A stretch of DNA of 64,000 nucleotides from Acidimicrobiales bacterium (GTDB taxonomy: Bacteria; Actinomycetota; Acidimicrobiia; Acidimicrobiales; MedAcidi-G1), in the NCBI GenBank assembly GCA_014240365.1, contig JAAZXC010000001.1, forward strand, positions 2,184 to 66,183, read 5' to 3'. Below are positions 61,088 to 64,000 of this stretch, one piece after another. Position 1 is the stretch's first letter. Every line of letters begins with the position of its first letter. The translations under genes were made by a program, and so were the position numbers. The notes under the pieces were generated by a model. It ran no database searches and was not told the DNA's origin. It saw only the letters and a program-made list of their open reading frames with translations.

Positions 61088-61873
61088 TCACAGACCGAGG
61101 AAGCCGCCACCGTCCACGCAGAGCGTCTGGCCGGTTATGAACCGTGCCATGTCGCTGGCCAGGAACACCGCTACAGGGCCGACGTCATCGAGCGGGTTGC
61201 CGATCCGTCCCAGAGGCGTCCGTTCCAGGAGGCGTTCCCGCAGGTCCGGGTTCTCCATGTAGGCACGTTGCATCGCAGCGGTGTCGGCCACCGGTGCGAT
61301 GCAGTTGACACGTATGGAGTCGGCTCCCCATTCAGCAGCCAGACCCTTGGCCAGCGTGCGCTGGGCCGCCTTCACCATGGCGTAGACGGGCAGTTGGGTG
61401 CTTCCCTCCATGCCTGCCGCCGACGTCATGAGAATCATCGAGCCGCCCGAATCGCGCAGGTGCGGGTGGGCTGCACGGGCTCCGTCGAATGTGGCCCGGA
61501 TGGTCGTGGCCACCATGGCGTCCCAGTGGTCCTGGGACACGTCCTGGATCCGGGTCGGACCACCGGTAGGGGCAATGGCGTTGTGCACCATGCAGTCCAG
61601 CCGTCCATGTGCAGCCACGGTCGCCTCCACAGAGGCTCCGATGTCGTCGGCCGAGGTCACGTCACAACGGACGCACCGGACGTCATGCCCTGCCTCCCGG
61701 AGCACAGCGGCGGCGGGCTCACCGATTTCAGGTCGTCGACAGGCCAGCACGACAGCCGCCCCATGGGCCGCCATGGCCGTGGCCATGCCGAGGCCCAGGC
61801 CTGAGGCACCGCCGGTCACCAGCACCACGCGGCCTTCCAGTAGCCGGCTCCTTGATGCCGGACCCGGGCTCAC
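61088..61873 (-). CDS. SDR family oxidoreductase (canonical)
   Basis: 261 aa. Motifs are VTGGASGLGLG, NAIA, a catalytic Ser region and the YAMVKAA YxxxK. Confidence 0.85.
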   Translation of the reverse strand: MSPGPASRSRLLEGRVVLVTGGASGLGLGMATAMAAHGAAVVLACRRPEIGEPAAAVLREAGHDVRCVRCDVTSADDIGASVEATVAAHGRLDCMVHNAIAPTGGPTRIQDVSQDHWDAMVATTIRATFDGARAAHPHLRDSGGSMILMTSAAGMEGSTQLPVYAMVKAAQRTLAKGLAAEWGADSIRVNCIAPVADTAAMQRAYMENPDLRERLLERTPLGRIGNPLDDVGPVAVFLASDMARFITGQTLCVDGGGFLGL

Positions 61874-62544
61874 GGTGCCATCCAGACGCCGCCGTCGGCA
61901 ACCAGGGTCGTACCGGTCATGAACCGGGCCGACGGATCGGCCAGCAGGTCCAGTAGGGGGGCAATGTCGCCGAAGGCATCCCCGGACCGACCCAGCGCCG
62001 GGCCGGCGAGGGTCGGGACCAGCGCTCCGGCGCCAGACTCAGCCGGAAGGACCAGCTCGGGTGCCACGGCCAGCACCGCTGTGGTCAGGCCATCGGGCCC
62101 CCACTGCCTGGCGGTGCTCTTGGCCAGGGCACGGATCCCCTCGGCTGCGGCTGCGAAACCCACGAAGCCGGCGGCTCCGCCCATGGCCACTGTCGGCACG
62201 ACCCACACGAGGCGTGCCCGGTCCGAGAGGTATGCACGACAGGCCCGGACCACGGCGAAGGCTTCGGCCATTGGTGCCTCACAGGCTTCCACCCACTGCT
62301 GTGTGGACTGGTCGATGAGGGCCACTGCTCTGGCCGGCACAGTCGGTACGTGGACAACCAACTCTGGACGGCCGATCAGGCCGATGCCGGTTCCGATGCC
62401 AGTACCGACATCGGTCCCATCGTCGGTGCGTACGGGCACCACCTGGGCCACAAGGTGGCCGCGGTCCAGCAGGCCGTCGTGCAGTCCATCGGCGAGTGGG
62501 CCGTCACCGACCAGCAGGGTGCGGGTCCCGTCAGCCATGGGCAT
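61870..62544 (-). CDS. SDR-fold paralogue with degenerate cofactor and catalytic motifs
   Basis: 224 aa with an ATGA overlap to the canonical SDR. TGxxxGxG is replaced by VGDGPLADG, and YxxxK is replaced by FAAAAEG. The C-terminal TGTTLVADGG block is retained. Confidence 0.65.
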   Translation of the reverse strand: MPMADGTRTLLVGDGPLADGLHDGLLDRGHLVAQVVPVRTDDGTDVGTGIGTGIGLIGRPELVVHVPTVPARAVALIDQSTQQWVEACEAPMAEAFAVVRACRAYLSDRARLVWVVPTVAMGGAAGFVGFAAAAEGIRALAKSTARQWGPDGLTTAVLAVAPELVLPAESGAGALVPTLAGPALGRSGDAFGDIAPLLDLLADPSARFMTGTTLVADGGVWMAP

Positions 62545-62550
62545 CCGGGC

Positions 62551-63813
62551 TCAGGGGAAGATCCCCCGCTGCTGGTACACGACCTGCAGGCGTCGCAGCG
62601 CCACTGCGTAGGCAGCATCACGACGCGACTCGATGCCCAGTTCGGAACGGATGTCGACCACCTCGTCGCAGGCCTTCCACAGGATCTCGCGCAACTTGAA
62701 GTCCACGTCCTCCAGGACCCAGCGCTGGGCGGAACGGTTCTGCAGCCACTCGAAGTACGAGACGACGACACCGCCCGCGTTCACCAGGATGTCGGGCAGG
62801 ACGTCGATGCCGCGTTGCTTGAGTATCTTCTCGGCCTCCAGCGTCGTCGGGCCGTTGGCTGCTTCGACGATGACCCGTGCCTGGATGCGCCCGACGTTCT
62901 CGGCGGTGATCTGGTTCTCCAGGGCTGCCGGCACGAGGAGGTCCGCCTGAACCGACCAGAAGTCCTCGTCGTCTATCCACATGGCGTTCGGGAACCCGGA
63001 CACCGAGCCGTGTTCCCGGACCCAGTCGGCGAGCTCGAAGGCGTCGATGCCATCCTCGTCGGTGATGGCTCCGGCATGGTCGGCCACCGCCACCAGCTTG
63101 GCGCCGTGCACCTGCAGTATCCGTCCGGTGGCGCTGCCCACGTTGCCGAAGCCCTGGATGCTGACCGTGGCTCCGGAAAGGTCGAAGCCCACCTCGTCGG
63201 CCCAGTGCTGGAGGCAGAACACGACGCCCTGCCCGGTGGCCTTCTCCCGGCCGGGGCTGCCGCCGGTCTCCAACGTCTTGCCGGTGACGATCCGCTTGAC
63301 GTTCTGGCTCTCCGTCGCCCCGGTGGAGTTGGCATATGTGTCCATCATCCAGACCATCGACTGGGCGTTGCTGCCAAGGTCGGGGGCGGGAATGTCGTGG
63401 TCGGGACCGATGTTGGTCCCCAGGGCATGGGTGAACCGTCGGACGACGCGTTCCAACTCGTCGGTCTCGAGCGCTGTCGGGTCGAACGAGATGCCGCCCT
63501 TGGCGCCCCCGAACGGAATGTCGCAGAGGGCCGACTTCCAGGTCATCCAGGAGGCGAGGGCCTTGACCTCGTCGAGGTCCACCATCGGGTGGAACCTCAC
63601 CCCACCCTTGTACGGGCCCAGCAGGTTGCTGTGCTGGATCCGGTAGCCCCGGAACACCCGGTAGGTGCCGTTGTTCATGCGGACGGGGAAGTTGACGATG
63701 ATCTCGTTCTTGGGCTGCGAGAGGATCGACCTGAGGTCATCGGAGAGGTCGATGATGTCGGCGCCACGGTTGAACTGGGCAAGGGCGGTTGCGAAGAGGC
63801 TGGTGTTGGTCAT
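62551..63813 (-). CDS. gdhA: Glu/Leu/Phe/Val dehydrogenase family, glutamate dehydrogenase-like
   Basis: 420 aa. Catalytic-Lys block is IPFGGAKGGI, the Rossmann motif is VSIQGFGNVGS and the C-terminal block is VSYFEWLQN. Confidence 0.85.
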   Translation of the reverse strand: MTNTSLFATALAQFNRGADIIDLSDDLRSILSQPKNEIIVNFPVRMNNGTYRVFRGYRIQHSNLLGPYKGGVRFHPMVDLDEVKALASWMTWKSALCDIPFGGAKGGISFDPTALETDELERVVRRFTHALGTNIGPDHDIPAPDLGSNAQSMVWMMDTYANSTGATESQNVKRIVTGKTLETGGSPGREKATGQGVVFCLQHWADEVGFDLSGATVSIQGFGNVGSATGRILQVHGAKLVAVADHAGAITDEDGIDAFELADWVREHGSVSGFPNAMWIDDEDFWSVQADLLVPAALENQITAENVGRIQARVIVEAANGPTTLEAEKILKQRGIDVLPDILVNAGGVVVSYFEWLQNRSAQRWVLEDVDFKLREILWKACDEVVDIRSELGIESRRDAAYAVALRRLQVVYQQRGIFP

Positions 63814-63904
63814 CGTGTACCCCTCGGGTCGGGTGGGGATCGCCCTTGATCCCGATGGTGCCCCGTGACGCTAGTCGCGGGCCTCCTGCGGCTGGGCAGG
63901 TGGT

Positions 63905-64000
63905 CTAGCGCCGTGTCGGCAAGCGGTCCACGAGCCGTGGCAGAAGGGCGATGAGCAGCCCGCCCACCGCTGTGCAGACCGCAGCCGTGAGCCACGCCGA
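63905..64000 (-). CDS. 3' end of an unidentified (membrane?) protein gene running off the window end
   Basis: My translation of the open minus frame is SAWLTAAVCTAVGGLLIALLPRLVDRLPTRR-stop (TAG at 63905-63907). Only 31 codons are visible. Confidence 0.3.
   Translation of the reverse strand, partial: SAWLTAAVCTAVGGLLIALLPRLVDRLPTRR

Overview
High-GC actinobacterial-type chromosomal core region, densely coding on both strands. A WhiB-family gene and Mycobacterium-like gene order support the assignment: wecA-atpI/B/E/F/H/A/G/D/C ... murA, iscS-mnmA ... ligA ... gatCAB ... ilvD ... ilvBNC. I see no rRNA, tRNA, CRISPR array, transposase, integrase or prophage genes. Many long ORFs in the six-frame track are alternate-frame or antisense artefacts of the high GC content and were not called. 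About 57 CDS are supported. They include an AddAB/AdnAB-like helicase-nuclease pair, the complete F1Fo ATP synthase operon, glyA, ino1, glpX, murA, ligA, a 4-PASTA Ser/Thr kinase, gatCAB, ilvD, ilvBNC, a small acyl-CoA/aldehyde catabolic cluster, a Wbl regulator, an SDR pair and gdh. Most notable observations: (1) A Bcp/PrxQ peroxiredoxin has an in-frame TGA exactly at the peroxidatic-cysteine position, with intact coding sequence downstream and a SECIS-like hairpin, making it a candidate selenocysteine peroxiredoxin (or a very recent nonsense mutation). (2) A small membrane-anchored ORF divergent from the PASTA kinase is split by a single in-frame TAG, although both halves look coding. (3) A classical-looking attenuator lies upstream of ilvB: a probable leaderless 16-codon leader peptide with GTA-GTA-GTA-CTG, then a 9-bp GC hairpin and a T-tract. 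(4) ATP synthase subunit b carries a signal-peptide-like, two-cysteine N-terminal extension of about 78 aa. (5) A zinc-finger rhomboid protease is translationally coupled to an Rv2466c-like thioredoxin-fold protein whose CxxC motif is reduced to CPYA. (6) A canonical SDR is coupled to a catalytically degenerate SDR paralogue. All family assignments come from motif recognition by eye, and no database search was possible.
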